This document shows, in pieces, positions 46,761 to 56,206 of a stretch of DNA of 64,000 nucleotides. The position numbers and the translations under genes are program-made. Every line of letters begins with the position of its first letter. Position 1 is the stretch's first letter. Origin of the DNA: Thermoplasmata archaeon (GTDB lineage Archaea > Thermoplasmatota > Thermoplasmata > Lutacidiplasmatales > UBA184); contig DATJUI010000019.1 in the NCBI GenBank assembly GCA_035502455.1, positions 13,378 to 77,377 of the forward strand, written 5' to 3'. The notes under the pieces are model-generated. The model was not told where the DNA came from and did not search any database. It was given only the letters and a program-made list of their open reading frames with translations.

Positions 46761-47147
46761 GTGCGCTGCTTCGATTCAACTTTCCTTATCGATTACGTCC
46801 GGGGCGACGCGGACGCGGTCGGGAAAGTGAGAGAGCTCGTGGAGTTGGGTGAACGTCTCACGACCCCGTCCGCGGCTGCGGCCGAGGTCCTCGTCGGAGC
46901 TCACTTCCGGGGGCGGGGAGAACTCTCGCGAACTCTGGAATTCCTCGACCGCCTAGAGATCCTTCCCTTCGACATCGCCGAGGCAACCGAAGCCGGCAGG
47001 ATCGGTGCCGAGGCGCTTCGGCGGGGCGCCCCCATAGCGGGCAACGACCTGTTGGTCGCAGCGACCGCGCGACATCGCGGAGGGATACTCGTGAGCCGGG
47101 ACGGAGTCTTCTCGCAAGTGCCGGGCCTGGCGGTGGAAACGTACTGA
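46761..47147 (+). CDS. vapC: type II toxin VapC (PIN-domain ribonuclease)
   Basis: 128 aa; acidic PIN residues at conserved positions (CFDSTFLIDY ... AEV ... GNDLLVAATA ... SRDG). Confidence 0.8.
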   Translation: MRCFDSTFLIDYVRGDADAVGKVRELVELGERLTTPSAAAAEVLVGAHFRGRGELSRTLEFLDRLEILPFDIAEATEAGRIGAEALRRGAPIAGNDLLVAATARHRGGILVSRDGVFSQVPGLAVETY

Positions 47148-47182
47148 CGGATGGAGGGGATTCGTTACGGGGGCCGTAACGG

Positions 47183-47197
47183 ATCCCAGCACGGGCG
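47183..47197 (+). repeat. repeat copy 2: 15-nt exact match to the tRNA-Arg 3' end (atcccagcacgggcg) with about 45 nt of degenerate flank
   Basis: Identical to 45648-45662; follows vapC by 36 nt. Confidence 0.5.
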
Positions 47198-47486
47198 CCT
47201 TCCTCGGACCCGTGAGGAGCGGCGTGAGATTCGAGCACGATGAGACTCGGGCCCCCCCCGCGTCCAAGTGCGGGGTCTCGGCTGCTGGAGTCGAGGTGCC
47301 GTCGAGGTCGCCCGCTGACCCATGTGGGTGAGACGAACGTCTCGAAGTGCTCCCGATGAAGGTTCGCACCCGTGCAGCCTTGCCTCCTCCGCGGGACGTT
47401 ACCCCCGGTTTCAGATTCTGGGGAACCGCGGGTCAAGGAGGTCGAATGGCAGCCATTCAGCGAATCCGCTCGTCTTGCGGCGGGGG

Positions 47487-48320
47487 CTAGGTCTTCGGCT
47501 GGGCTCGCCCGACTGCGAAGGGACAAGCGAATCCCCAAATGATGATGACTACTAATGATCCCAGAATAAGAGGGAAGACGAATCTCGGTATCGAGTTCCC
47601 CGTAAAGATCCAAGCTGTCGCGGCTCCGCCGATAAAGCCTACGGTTCCTCCAATAAACCCTACGATCGCCATCCAATTTGGAAATACGCGGCTGTTCCAG
47701 AAGGCGACACTGAAGAGCGACACGCCCAAACCGAGGGCCGAGAAACCGAGGACCTCCCAACCATCCGTGATGTTGTACCAAAGCGCGGCCTCGTACGCAG
47801 CCGTCGCCGATGACGGAGCCGTGGTCGTCGATATGGCGTTGAGCGCGCTGTAGCTCGCGGCATTCGACACGGCCAACACGAATGCGCCGAAGAGGAACAC
47901 GAGCATGGAGGCCCATACCAGACCTCGACTTTGGGACTTGAGCGCCCCGCCGAGATACGTCGCGAAGGGCGTAACTCCCAAGGCGAAGACCAGGACCCAC
48001 AAATCGCTGAATGCGGTCGCGGCCTTGTTCGAATTGAACACGGCAAGCTGGTTCGACGGTGTCGAAGGTTCGGGTATGGTGACGAGTCCGGCGATGGTGA
48101 TTGCCGAGATCAGACCCGCCAAGATGGCGGCGATGAGAAAACCAGTCGGTCGGCCGGCGTCCGTGGGTATCGAGGTGTTTTCGGTTTCCGGAGGCTCGGG
48201 CAACATCGCGGCGACCGGGTTCTGAGGGATAAACGTTCCGAAGTCGCAAACCCTCTCTTTCGCCGAGCGGGGCGAGGAGTCGGGACCCGCCAGCGCCTGT
48301 CCGCCCAACGCCGGTCTCAA
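47487..48320 (-). CDS. hypothetical polytopic membrane protein (start possibly the internal Met at 48206)
   Basis: About 6 predicted TM helices; about 55-58 % GC, lower than the genome background. Confidence 0.55.
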   Translation of the reverse strand: MRPALGGQALAGPDSSPRSAKERVCDFGTFIPQNPVAAMLPEPPETENTSIPTDAGRPTGFLIAAILAGLISAITIAGLVTIPEPSTPSNQLAVFNSNKAATAFSDLWVLVFALGVTPFATYLGGALKSQSRGLVWASMLVFLFGAFVLAVSNAASYSALNAISTTTAPSSATAAYEAALWYNITDGWEVLGFSALGLGVSLFSVAFWNSRVFPNWMAIVGFIGGTVGFIGGAATAWIFTGNSIPRFVFPLILGSLVVIIIWGFACPFAVGRAQPKT

Positions 48321-48672
48321 GATCTCGGGCGGCCGGCCCGCTGCGCGGCGTCCGTGTCCGAGGCGCTTGTGCTCGGTCCTGAGCCCCTCGACTCGACCCG
48401 GGATTGAGGGAGGTGTCGATCACAAATCCACAAGTGAGGTCATGGACCGGTTCCACGACCTCACGGCGGGTACGTGCTCCCGCGTCCCGAGCGGGCGCGG
48501 TGGAGTCGAATACGTAGCTGCTCGAATCCCAGTAGGGGCGCCTACCCTATCTCTGCCCGCGAGCGTGGACACGAAGGTAGAGAGACCTACGACACCTCGC
48601 GCCCCCACGGACTCGCACGGGGAGTCGCGCGTCGCCGGGAGTTGGGATGTCGCACCCCGGCTCCAAGACCGG

Positions 48673-49290
48673 TCAGGCGGGCTTCTTGGCGATGACAAAA
48701 TCCATCGCATGGCGGTGGGGAACGCCACTCGAGTTGCAATCGAACTCTACCTCCCCCGAGTCCAGGATCTGCCAGTCCCCGTAGTACCCGAGCAGCTCGC
48801 CGGGGCGATAGGGGTGCTCCGCGGGATCCATTTCGGGCGGAGGATCGAGATAGGGCTTGGGAACAAAGGCGTTCACCGCATGAATGCCTCCCCGAACGGT
48901 GTGGGCTTGGAAGTGAGCAAAACGGGCCGGTCGGGCGCCCCGCGGGAGATTGTTGAGGACCCCGGAACTGAAGACCACATCGAATCGACGGCTCAGTTGG
49001 TACGATCGGATGTCGCCGATGCGAAAGCGCACCGCTAGACCGAGACGAGCGGCCCTTCGCTCCCCCTTGACCAGCCCGACGCGAGAGACGTCGACGCCAA
49101 GAACTCGAAACCCGTGACGGGCGAAGTGAATCGAATCTCGCCCCTCACCCGAGCCGAGATCGAGCAGCGTCGGCGACTTCGCCGGAAGGGTCCGGGCGAC
49201 TCGAACGACCTCGCGTGCCAGTCCGGTCGGCCTCGTCCCCCAGTACCAGCCCGGCCGTGAGTACCGCTGGTCGTAACTCGGTTCCCGCAT
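48673..49290 (-). CDS. class I SAM-dependent methyltransferase (TehB/thiopurine-MTase-like)
   Basis: LLDLGSGEGRDSIHFARHGFRVLGVDVS motif I plus post-I acidic residue; WYWG N-terminal motif. Confidence 0.75.
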   Translation of the reverse strand: MREPSYDQRYSRPGWYWGTRPTGLAREVVRVARTLPAKSPTLLDLGSGEGRDSIHFARHGFRVLGVDVSRVGLVKGERRAARLGLAVRFRIGDIRSYQLSRRFDVVFSSGVLNNLPRGARPARFAHFQAHTVRGGIHAVNAFVPKPYLDPPPEMDPAEHPYRPGELLGYYGDWQILDSGEVEFDCNSSGVPHRHAMDFVIAKKPA

Positions 49291-49403
49291 CGGTTACGTT
49301 CGCCCCCGACGGGCTATGTGTCGCGAGACTTGGGATTAGGCTATCTTGGGACTCACGACTCGTCGTCGCGGCCCGGGGGAGCGGCTCAGGACGGGGATTC
49401 TAG

Positions 49404-49555
49404 CCATCGGCGGCCGAATCGCAGCACGGGCGAGTTTCTCCCTCCACCCGAGAGGTTCGGGATCGGGTCGCTGCGCCTGTCCCGCTCGGAAGGGATCGAT
49501 GCCTCCCGCACAGTCCCACCCGGACCTCCGCATAGAGCCGTCGGGGAAAGCCCGA
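49404..49555 (+). repeat. repeat copy 3: tRNA-Arg T-loop/acceptor 3' fragment plus about 130 nt of flank, about 75 % identical to copy 1
   Basis: cgaatcGcagcacgggcgagtt (one mismatch to tRNA) then co-linear similarity to 45663-45795. Confidence 0.55.
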
Positions 49556-49664
49556 ACCGGCCTCCCCGGGCATGGGGAGTCGGATCGACGATCCGTGCCA
49601 CGCGGTGACGGCCGCCGTCCCTCGCCGCATTGGCCTCCACCCGGACGGGGGTCCGCACGCGCGT

Positions 49665-50723
49665 TCAATGCTTCGCGTAGTACTCCGCCACCGCGCGGAA
49701 CGACTCATTGGGCTCCCAGGGCATGTCGGGGTAGGTCGCCCCATGACCCCGTTCCAGGTAGCGAGCGAGGCTCGGGGAGGCCGTGTCCACGTCGAACCGT
49801 GGCTCCTCGTCGTAGGGCGTAATCTGCGATTGAAAGGTGCTAACGAAGCCGCCCAAGACGCCGGCTCGCTCGATCCGGTCCAATTGGGCGACCAGCTTCT
49901 GGGCCTGGGACTTTTCGTCTCGGACGAGGGGTGTCTTCAGCCGGGGGCGCACGAATCGGCCGATGAGGGGGAGTTGATGCAGGAGCTGAGAGCGGACATC
50001 GATCGGCGAGGGTTTGAGACCCGCGGAGTCCAGGAACCCATCGGCGCCCGGACCGTCGTCCGCCGTGGAGAATCCGAACTCCGTGATGACGACCGGCTTG
50101 CCCGTGGCGATGGCCGGACGGAGCATCTCGGTCCAGCGGTCCGCGATGCGGGCGGTAAGGTAGTGGTCCACCCCGACGAAGTCGAAAGCAGACCAGTCGA
50201 CTCCCTCCCAGACGAGCGACGCGTAGGTGAGTCGTCCGCGATACTCGCGTTGGACGGCCTTCACGAGTCGGGTGAGTAGCTCGTTCAGCGGGCGATTGTG
50301 CCGCCCACTCTTCACGGTGGGAAAGAACTGCGGGCTCCGGACCCGGGCTCTCATGGTCCGGCCGGGAATGACTCCCTCGTTGAACAGCGTGGCTTCCATC
50401 GCTACGCCGAGCACCACCCGGTCCGGAGCCTCCTTGCGAAGCGGCTCGAGCGCCCTGGCCGCCCGGATCAGGTAGCTCGCTGAGGTCTGGGGGCTACGGT
50501 CCCAGCACTGGGGAAAGATCCAGGTCTCGAGCCCTTCCGCGAGGGCCGCCCTGCCCGCGATCACCAGTCGTGCGGGATCCTTGCCGACGATTCGCACCGC
50601 GGTACAGTGCAGGTCGCGCCGGATGATCCCGAGCTCGTGGCGGACGTTCTCCGCCCGGAAATCCGGTCGCCAGTTCATCCCGTAGACGACGCCGGCGTCG
50701 TAGCAGACACCCTTCAGCTTCAC
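49665..50723 (-). CDS. TIM-barrel glycoside hydrolase-like protein (GH-A clan-like, ITEFG nucleophile motif)
   Basis: 352 aa; VVITEFGFS resembles the clan GH-A catalytic nucleophile strand; family not assignable by eye. Confidence 0.55.
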   Translation of the reverse strand: MKLKGVCYDAGVVYGMNWRPDFRAENVRHELGIIRRDLHCTAVRIVGKDPARLVIAGRAALAEGLETWIFPQCWDRSPQTSASYLIRAARALEPLRKEAPDRVVLGVAMEATLFNEGVIPGRTMRARVRSPQFFPTVKSGRHNRPLNELLTRLVKAVQREYRGRLTYASLVWEGVDWSAFDFVGVDHYLTARIADRWTEMLRPAIATGKPVVITEFGFSTADDGPGADGFLDSAGLKPSPIDVRSQLLHQLPLIGRFVRPRLKTPLVRDEKSQAQKLVAQLDRIERAGVLGGFVSTFQSQITPYDEEPRFDVDTASPSLARYLERGHGATYPDMPWEPNESFRAVAEYYAKH

Positions 50724-50918
50724 GCGCGCGGCGCTCCGTCGACCCGGCGCTCCCGTAAATCATCGTCGCGGAGTTGGACGCGGGCGCCGGTGGAGACGAT
50801 CGGACTCGAACTGAGTCGTCCGGCCGAAACGCGCCGATCGAGAGTCTCGGTCGGACCCCCGTACGGGTGCGTGGAAACTACGGAACCCGAGCTCGGCGGG
50901 ACGTTCGACCCACTGGGG

Positions 50919-51653
50919 CTACGTGGGGTCCTTGAGCCCGAGCAGCAACCCCCGGCCCGGAGTTAGGCCTCGCCGCAGGAAGCGGGCGGTCAGTCCGGCC
51001 TCCTCCATGAGTCGCACCAGCCGGCTTCGGGGTACGAGGAGGCCGATGTCCACCTCCTCGAGATGCTCCACGCGGCGCCCCGTTCTTCCGATGAGGTAGT
51101 GATAGTGGACCGCCGAGCGTCCCCCCCGCCGCGAAGAGAACGCCATGCGGGCGACCGTGACCGAGGGGCTCGTCCGAGTCAGCAGGTGAACGTACCCCGA
51201 GCGGAAGTCCGAGGGATCGATCCACGGCTCCACGATGACGACGCCGCCCGGCTGCAGGTGACGGGCGAAGTTCGAGAACGTCGCGGCGAGCTCCCGTTCG
51301 GTCTTGAGGTGACCGATCGCACTGTAGAGGCAGCTTACCACGTCAAAAGTCTCGTCGAGACGAAAGCTCCGCATGTCCCCGGGAATCAGCCGGACCCGGG
51401 GCAGACGACGCCGCGCCACCCGGAGCATCTCGCGACTCACGTCAACGCCCGTGACCGTGTAGTCACGCCGGAGGAAGCTCAGATGTCGTCCAGTACCGCA
51501 CGCCACATCCAGCCACGCCCGTCCTCGAGAACGGCCGAACTGGCGAGCGAGCGATTCGAGAACGCGGGCTTCCGAACGGTAGTCCTTCCCTCCCACCAGA
51601 TCGTCGTAGTAGAGCGCCAGTCGATGGAACATGAGGGGCTTGACTCGGGCCAT
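50919..51653 (-). CDS. TylM1/DesVI-family dTDP-aminosugar N,N-dimethyltransferase-like methyltransferase
   Basis: Co-linear similarity to TylM1 along the whole length: LALYYDDL, WLDVACGTGRHLSFL (vs LLDVACGTGMHLRHL), GDMRSFRLDETFDVVSCLYSAIGHL (vs GDMRDFSLGRRFSAVTCMFSSIGHL), GGVVIVEPWIDPSDFRSGYV (vs DGVVVVEPWWFPENFTPGYV), HYHYL (vs HYLV). Confidence 0.8.
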   Translation of the reverse strand: MARVKPLMFHRLALYYDDLVGGKDYRSEARVLESLARQFGRSRGRAWLDVACGTGRHLSFLRRDYTVTGVDVSREMLRVARRRLPRVRLIPGDMRSFRLDETFDVVSCLYSAIGHLKTERELAATFSNFARHLQPGGVVIVEPWIDPSDFRSGYVHLLTRTSPSVTVARMAFSSRRGGRSAVHYHYLIGRTGRRVEHLEEVDIGLLVPRSRLVRLMEEAGLTARFLRRGLTPGRGLLLGLKDPT

Positions 51654-52123
51654 ATCGAGCTCCCTCGACCGCTTCGGGCCCCTACGTGAACCCCTGGGTC
51701 ATGAATAAGAACGGGGTGCCACCGACGACCGGCTGGCTTCCCAACCTGGGAGTGCCGCCGTCCCGCCGGCTCTACCCGCATGCCGGATCGGATCCGGCCG
51801 AGATCGTGGGCCGGATGCCGGCTCTCGCCGTGCGCCCTCCTCTCGAGAGCGCGCTCGAGAGGCGGAGGGAGCTCGATCGTCGACCGGGGGGCGGGGACGC
51901 TCGACCTCGGACCCGCCGCACGCGTCTCTCATTCACCCATCGATCCCTCGTCAGGACCTCACGGGCGCCGGCCGCGATCGAACTCCGCTTCCGGAAGCTT
52001 CCCCCAATTTCTCGTCGATGCGGCGATGCTACGTTGCAAGTACGCGGTGGGCCACGGGGACGAGCCCTACGCGCCCGGTCCTGCCGAGGTCGAGGGGGTC
52101 CGGTCACGGGGGGGCGCTGCCCA

Positions 52124-52615
52124 TCAGGAGTTCAGGGCGGTGTCCCTGCGACGGGGGGTCGGAGCGTCGTCACCCCTTCCCGCTTGCGAAGTCCGTTCGT
52201 CCAAGCGCTTGAGGAGGTCCCGGAGCTGGAGGAGGTCTTGGGTCTCCCAGCCATCGAAAACCCCCTGGTGGTGGGCCAGCCGCTTGTGGACATGACTGTG
52301 GACGTGCAAGCCAACGCGAGTCGTCTGCACACGTACAAGACGGCGGTCCTCCCGGTCGCGGTGGCGACGTACGAGGTGGTCGCGCTCCATCTGGTCAATG
52401 ATCCCGGTCACGTGAGCCGGGCTGACGCCCAGAAACTGGGCGAGTTCACTCTGGGTGATCCCGCCGGGGGTCTGAGCGGCGTGGAGGGTCAGGTGGTGCA
52501 ACATCGGGAGCTGGGAGTGCAAGTGCGGACCGAACCGGGGGACCGCCCGGCGGAACACCCGACGGAGCAATCCCAGCGTCTCCTCGATCAGCTCGTCCCG
52601 ATCCGACTCGATCAT
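52124..52615 (-). CDS. MarR-family transcriptional regulator
   Basis: 163 aa winged HTH (ITQSELAQFLGVSPAHVTGIIDQMERDHLVRRHRDREDRRLVRVQTT). Confidence 0.8.
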   Translation of the reverse strand: MIESDRDELIEETLGLLRRVFRRAVPRFGPHLHSQLPMLHHLTLHAAQTPGGITQSELAQFLGVSPAHVTGIIDQMERDHLVRRHRDREDRRLVRVQTTRVGLHVHSHVHKRLAHHQGVFDGWETQDLLQLRDLLKRLDERTSQAGRGDDAPTPRRRDTALNS

Positions 52616-52660
52616 CCCGTCGTTCCCTCATCGCCCCGAAGGGCATAGAACCTTCGCCTC

Positions 52661-52705
52661 CAAATCATTCAATCAAAAATGTTTTAATACTGAATGAATA
52701 TAGAG
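52661..52705. promoter_or_regulatory. AT-rich divergent promoter/operator between marR and the ABC exporter; inverted repeat cattca...tgaatg and TATA-like aatatag
   Basis: Sequence tcattcaatcaaaaatgttttaatactgaatgaatatag; the ABC ATPase ATG is about 10 nt downstream. Confidence 0.4.
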
Positions 52706-52710
52706 GACGC

Positions 52711-53802
52711 ATGGCCGCAGCCGCCCGCCCTGCGAGCACCGTCCCCCGTGTCACCTACGGACCGTCCCGTTCCGACGCGATGATCGAGGTCCAGGATCTC
52801 GTCAAGGTCTACGGCGGCGGTCGCGGCCCGACCGCCGAGCCCGAGGTCCGAGCGGTCGACGGCATCAGCTTCTCGGTCTCCGAGGGAGAGTTCTTCGGGT
52901 TCCTCGGCCCGAACGGTTCGGGCAAGACCACGACGATGAAGATTCTCACGACCCTGCTCGGCCGGACGAGCGGACGGGTTCGGGTCGCGGGCTTCGACAT
53001 CGACCACGATGGGGCCCGGATGCGGAAGCAGATCGGCTACACCGGGCAGTCGATCGGGGTGGACGGGGATCTCACCGGCCGGGAGAACCTCATGCTGATG
53101 GGCCGACTGTACCACTTGCCCGGTCCTCTGGTCCGGGACCGAGTGGAAGACCTGCTCCGGCTCTTGCAGCTAACCGAAGCGGCCGATCGTCCCGCGTTCA
53201 CGTACTCGGGAGGGATGCGACGCCGGCTCGACCTCGGCTCGGCGCTCGTCCACCGGCCGAAGCTCCTGTTCCTTGATGAACCGACCACCGGATTGGACCC
53301 TCAGACCCGCAACGCCCTGTGGGAGTACCTCCGAGAGCTCCACGTCCGGGACGGGGTCACGATCTTCCTCACGACGCAGTACATGGAGGAGGCCGACCGG
53401 CTCTGCGAGCGCGTCGCGATCATCGACCACGGCCGTATCGTCGCGCAGGGAACGCCGGCGCAGCTCAAAGCCGAAATCGGGGCGGACAGCGTCACGATTC
53501 GCCTCCCGCTCGACGAGCGGCTCGAGGCGCGGAGACGGGAGGCGCTCGAGCTCGTCCGAACGGTCCCGGAAGTGGTCGGCGCTGCGCCCTTTGAGTTCGG
53601 GGTGACCGTCCAGGCCCGAAACGGAGGGGCGGCTCTCGTCGAGATCCTGCGGCGCCTCGAGTCGGGTCATGTCCCGGTGAAGGAAGTGGCGGTCTCGCCC
53701 CCGACCCTCGACCAGGTCTTCCTCCAGCACACGGGTCGCGAGATGCGCGCGGAGGAAGTGAGGCCGATGACCCGCATGGCCCGCCGCGGGATGGGACGGT
53801 AG
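52711..53802 (+). CDS. ABC transporter ATP-binding protein, DrrA-like (ABC-2 exporter ATPase)
   Basis: Walker A GPNGSGKTT, signature YSGGMRRRL, Walker B LLFLDEPTTGLD; DrrA-type C-terminal extension. Confidence 0.85.
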   Translation: MAAAARPASTVPRVTYGPSRSDAMIEVQDLVKVYGGGRGPTAEPEVRAVDGISFSVSEGEFFGFLGPNGSGKTTTMKILTTLLGRTSGRVRVAGFDIDHDGARMRKQIGYTGQSIGVDGDLTGRENLMLMGRLYHLPGPLVRDRVEDLLRLLQLTEAADRPAFTYSGGMRRRLDLGSALVHRPKLLFLDEPTTGLDPQTRNALWEYLRELHVRDGVTIFLTTQYMEEADRLCERVAIIDHGRIVAQGTPAQLKAEIGADSVTIRLPLDERLEARRREALELVRTVPEVVGAAPFEFGVTVQARNGGAALVEILRRLESGHVPVKEVAVSPPTLDQVFLQHTGREMRAEEVRPMTRMARRGMGR

Positions 53803-53803
53803 C

Positions 53804-54670
53804 ATGGCGACAGGGACCGGCCACCGCTACGAGCTCCCCGAGCTCTCGGTACCCTCGCCCGGATTCGGCTCCTTCTTCTCGGATATCGCGTGGGTCTGCT
53901 ACCGGAGTTTGAGGAAGCTCTCCCGCAACCCACTTCTCCTGATGTTCACGTTGATCATGCCGCTCATCTGGCTCGGGATGTTCAGCCAGACCTTCGGAAC
54001 GGTGTTCTCGAGGGCGGAGAGCGCCCCCGGTACCGCTCCCCTGCCGTACGACTACATCGCGGTTCTCTTGCCCGGGATTGCCATCATGACCGCGATCCAG
54101 GCGGCGTCACAGTCCGGGTTTGTGATGGTCTCGGACATCGAAACGGGCTTCATGGACAAGTTCTTCGTCGCTCCGATTCGCCGCAGTTCGGTCCTGGTCG
54201 GAAAGCTCCTCGGCGACGCCATCCGGATGGCGGGACAGGCGATCATCGTGCTCGGGATCGCCTACGTCTTCACGCTCGCCTTCGGCTGGAAGATCCCATT
54301 CGCGACGGGCATCCTGGGGGGCCTCCTGATCGTCCTGCTCGCCGCGCTCTTCGGGGTCGCGTTCTCGGGCCTGTCGAACTCGGTCGCGCTGTTCACGAAG
54401 AACACCGAGACGACGATGATGGTGGCGTTCACGCTCACCTTCCCGCTGCTCTTCCTCTCGACGGCGATGGTACCGCTCAGTCTCCTTCCGGGGTGGGTCC
54501 AGACGTTCTCGATGTTCAACCCGGTGAGCTACGTCGCCACCGCCTCGCGCGCGATGATCCTCACGGGCTTCAACTGGCCCGAGGTCGGCCAAGCGTTCGC
54601 AGCGATCGCGATTGTCGGAGTGCTGCTCAACGCGCTCGCGGTGTACGCGTTCCGGCGACAGGGCCGCTAG
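53804..54670 (+). CDS. ABC-2 family transporter permease (DrrB-like)
   Basis: 288 aa, 6 TM helices; starts 2 nt after the ATPase stop. Confidence 0.8.
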   Translation: MATGTGHRYELPELSVPSPGFGSFFSDIAWVCYRSLRKLSRNPLLLMFTLIMPLIWLGMFSQTFGTVFSRAESAPGTAPLPYDYIAVLLPGIAIMTAIQAASQSGFVMVSDIETGFMDKFFVAPIRRSSVLVGKLLGDAIRMAGQAIIVLGIAYVFTLAFGWKIPFATGILGGLLIVLLAALFGVAFSGLSNSVALFTKNTETTMMVAFTLTFPLLFLSTAMVPLSLLPGWVQTFSMFNPVSYVATASRAMILTGFNWPEVGQAFAAIAIVGVLLNALAVYAFRRQGR

Positions 54671-54677
54671 GGTGGAG

Positions 54678-55091
54678 ATGTCGACCGATCCGGAGCTCAC
54701 GCCCGGGGGAGGTCCCATCCAGCGCGGGACCGAGGCACCGTCCGACGAGCTCCCGGTGGGCTCGCGGAACGCGCCGAAGGCGCGCCGAGCCGCTCGCGAC
54801 CCGAAGCGACCGGGCGAACGATGCCGTGCGGCCCCGGGTCACTGGATCCCGGTCGTTGATCGGGCCCAGTGCGAGGGCAAAGCCGAATGCGTCGACGTTT
54901 GTCCGTACGCGGTCTTCCAGATCGGAACCCTCACGGACGAAGAGTATCGATCGCTGAGCTACCTGGGACGGGCCCGGGCGCGCCACCACCAGTTCCAGAC
55001 CTCTCGCACGCCCCGTGCCGCGGAGTGTCGGGCATGCGGGCTCTGCGTGGTCGCGTGCCCCGAGGATGCGCTGAAGCTGATCCGAAGCTGA
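54678..55091 (+). CDS. 4Fe-4S ferredoxin-domain protein with disordered N-terminus
   Basis: Two cluster-binding cysteine motifs, CEGKAECVDVCP and CRACGLCVVACP. Confidence 0.6.
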   Translation: MSTDPELTPGGGPIQRGTEAPSDELPVGSRNAPKARRAARDPKRPGERCRAAPGHWIPVVDRAQCEGKAECVDVCPYAVFQIGTLTDEEYRSLSYLGRARARHHQFQTSRTPRAAECRACGLCVVACPEDALKLIRS

Positions 55092-55408
55092 CGCGGGCGG
55101 GGTCCGACGCGAAGGGAACCCTCCTCCGGTTCGGCCAGCTCTACGGGCCGGGGACCTACTCTGAGTCAAGGCAACCGGCCCCCCCGCGGATCCACGTAGA
55201 CTCGGCGGCGCGTCGAACGTATGCGGCGCTGGGATCACCCCCGGGAGTCGTCACACTCGTGGACGAGTGAGCCACGACCGAGCGGGACCTCCAGCCGTTG
55301 AGACGGGGGTCGGCCCTTCGGTCATCGCCCGTCGGTTCCTTTCCCTGCTGGACCGGCGAGAAGGGCGGCGGAGTTCGGTCGCGCCCCGAAACCGGTCCGT
55401 CGGCGCCG

Positions 55409-55786
55409 TTACCTCGCCTTTCCGGCCCGATGTCTGCGGTCGGCGTCCCGCACGAGCTTCTTGATCAGCGGAATCGGAATCGGCTCGCCGAGCGGGAAGC
55501 GAAGCGCGGAGTTCGCGTTCTGGTATCTGGCAATCTCCTCCGCGTGAGGTGCTAGGTCCTTGGGTCGAAGGAAGAGCCCGATGCTCGCCCGCTGCAGCCC
55601 AAAGTAGCAGAGCCGTCGTTCGATCCCGGCTTCTCCCTGGTAGCTGTAGAACGGCATTCCGTAGCTGATGCTCTCGTCGGCCCCGGGGGCGGCCTCTCGG
55701 ATGGCCGCTCGGAGCTGCTTCAGCACGCTCCGCGTTCCGACCGGGGCCGATCGGATGTATTGATCGACGCTCTTCGCGGGGGGCAC
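55409..55786 (-). CDS. DUF1801 (YdhG-like) domain protein
   Basis: 125 aa; DQYIRSAPVGTRSVLKQLRAAIREAAPGADESISYGMPFY matches the DUF1801 N-terminal pattern. Confidence 0.6.
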   Translation of the reverse strand: MPPAKSVDQYIRSAPVGTRSVLKQLRAAIREAAPGADESISYGMPFYSYQGEAGIERRLCYFGLQRASIGLFLRPKDLAPHAEEIARYQNANSALRFPLGEPIPIPLIKKLVRDADRRHRAGKAR

Positions 55787-56206
55787 CGGGTTCCGAGGCC
55801 CGTTAGCGCTTATGAGAGCTTTCGCGCCCGGCCGGGCGCCCGCTCGGGCCGGTCAACGGCCGGAGCCACTCTCGGTCCCACCCCGGGCCGACCGGACACG
55901 ACGGCCCGCTGAGGCCCACCGCGGCGTGCCTCGACTCCCGCGATCCCGGAGCCCCGGGCCGGCGGCCGCGCGGGGGGCGTTTACCCCTTCGGAGGCCCCA
56001 GTTCCGGGTCGTGGAACCGCGGGGCGAGACGGGGCTGCCGGCGCGTAGGAGAGCCCGGCCGCGATGTTCCGGCTCGACGGCCCGGGCGCACCGGGCTTAT
56101 GGGGCGCGAGCGGATGTGGACGGAGGAGCCATGGCCGCCTTCTCCCGCCCGCCCCGCCTGCTTCGCACGGCGCGGCGGGTGGCCGAAGGGCTCCGGGGGG
56201 GCCGCG

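Noticed and set aside
48367-49038. 223-aa plus-strand ORF
   Set aside because: Lies antisense to the TehB-like methyltransferase (48673-49290), which has clear SAM-binding motifs. The plus-strand product has no domain-like features.
52640-52660. Possible additional island-boundary repeat (gggcatagaaccttcgcctcc resembling catagaaccgtcgg in repeat copies 1 and 3)
   Set aside because: Match is only about 12 nt and lies inside the MarR coding region. It does not include the tRNA-derived core.
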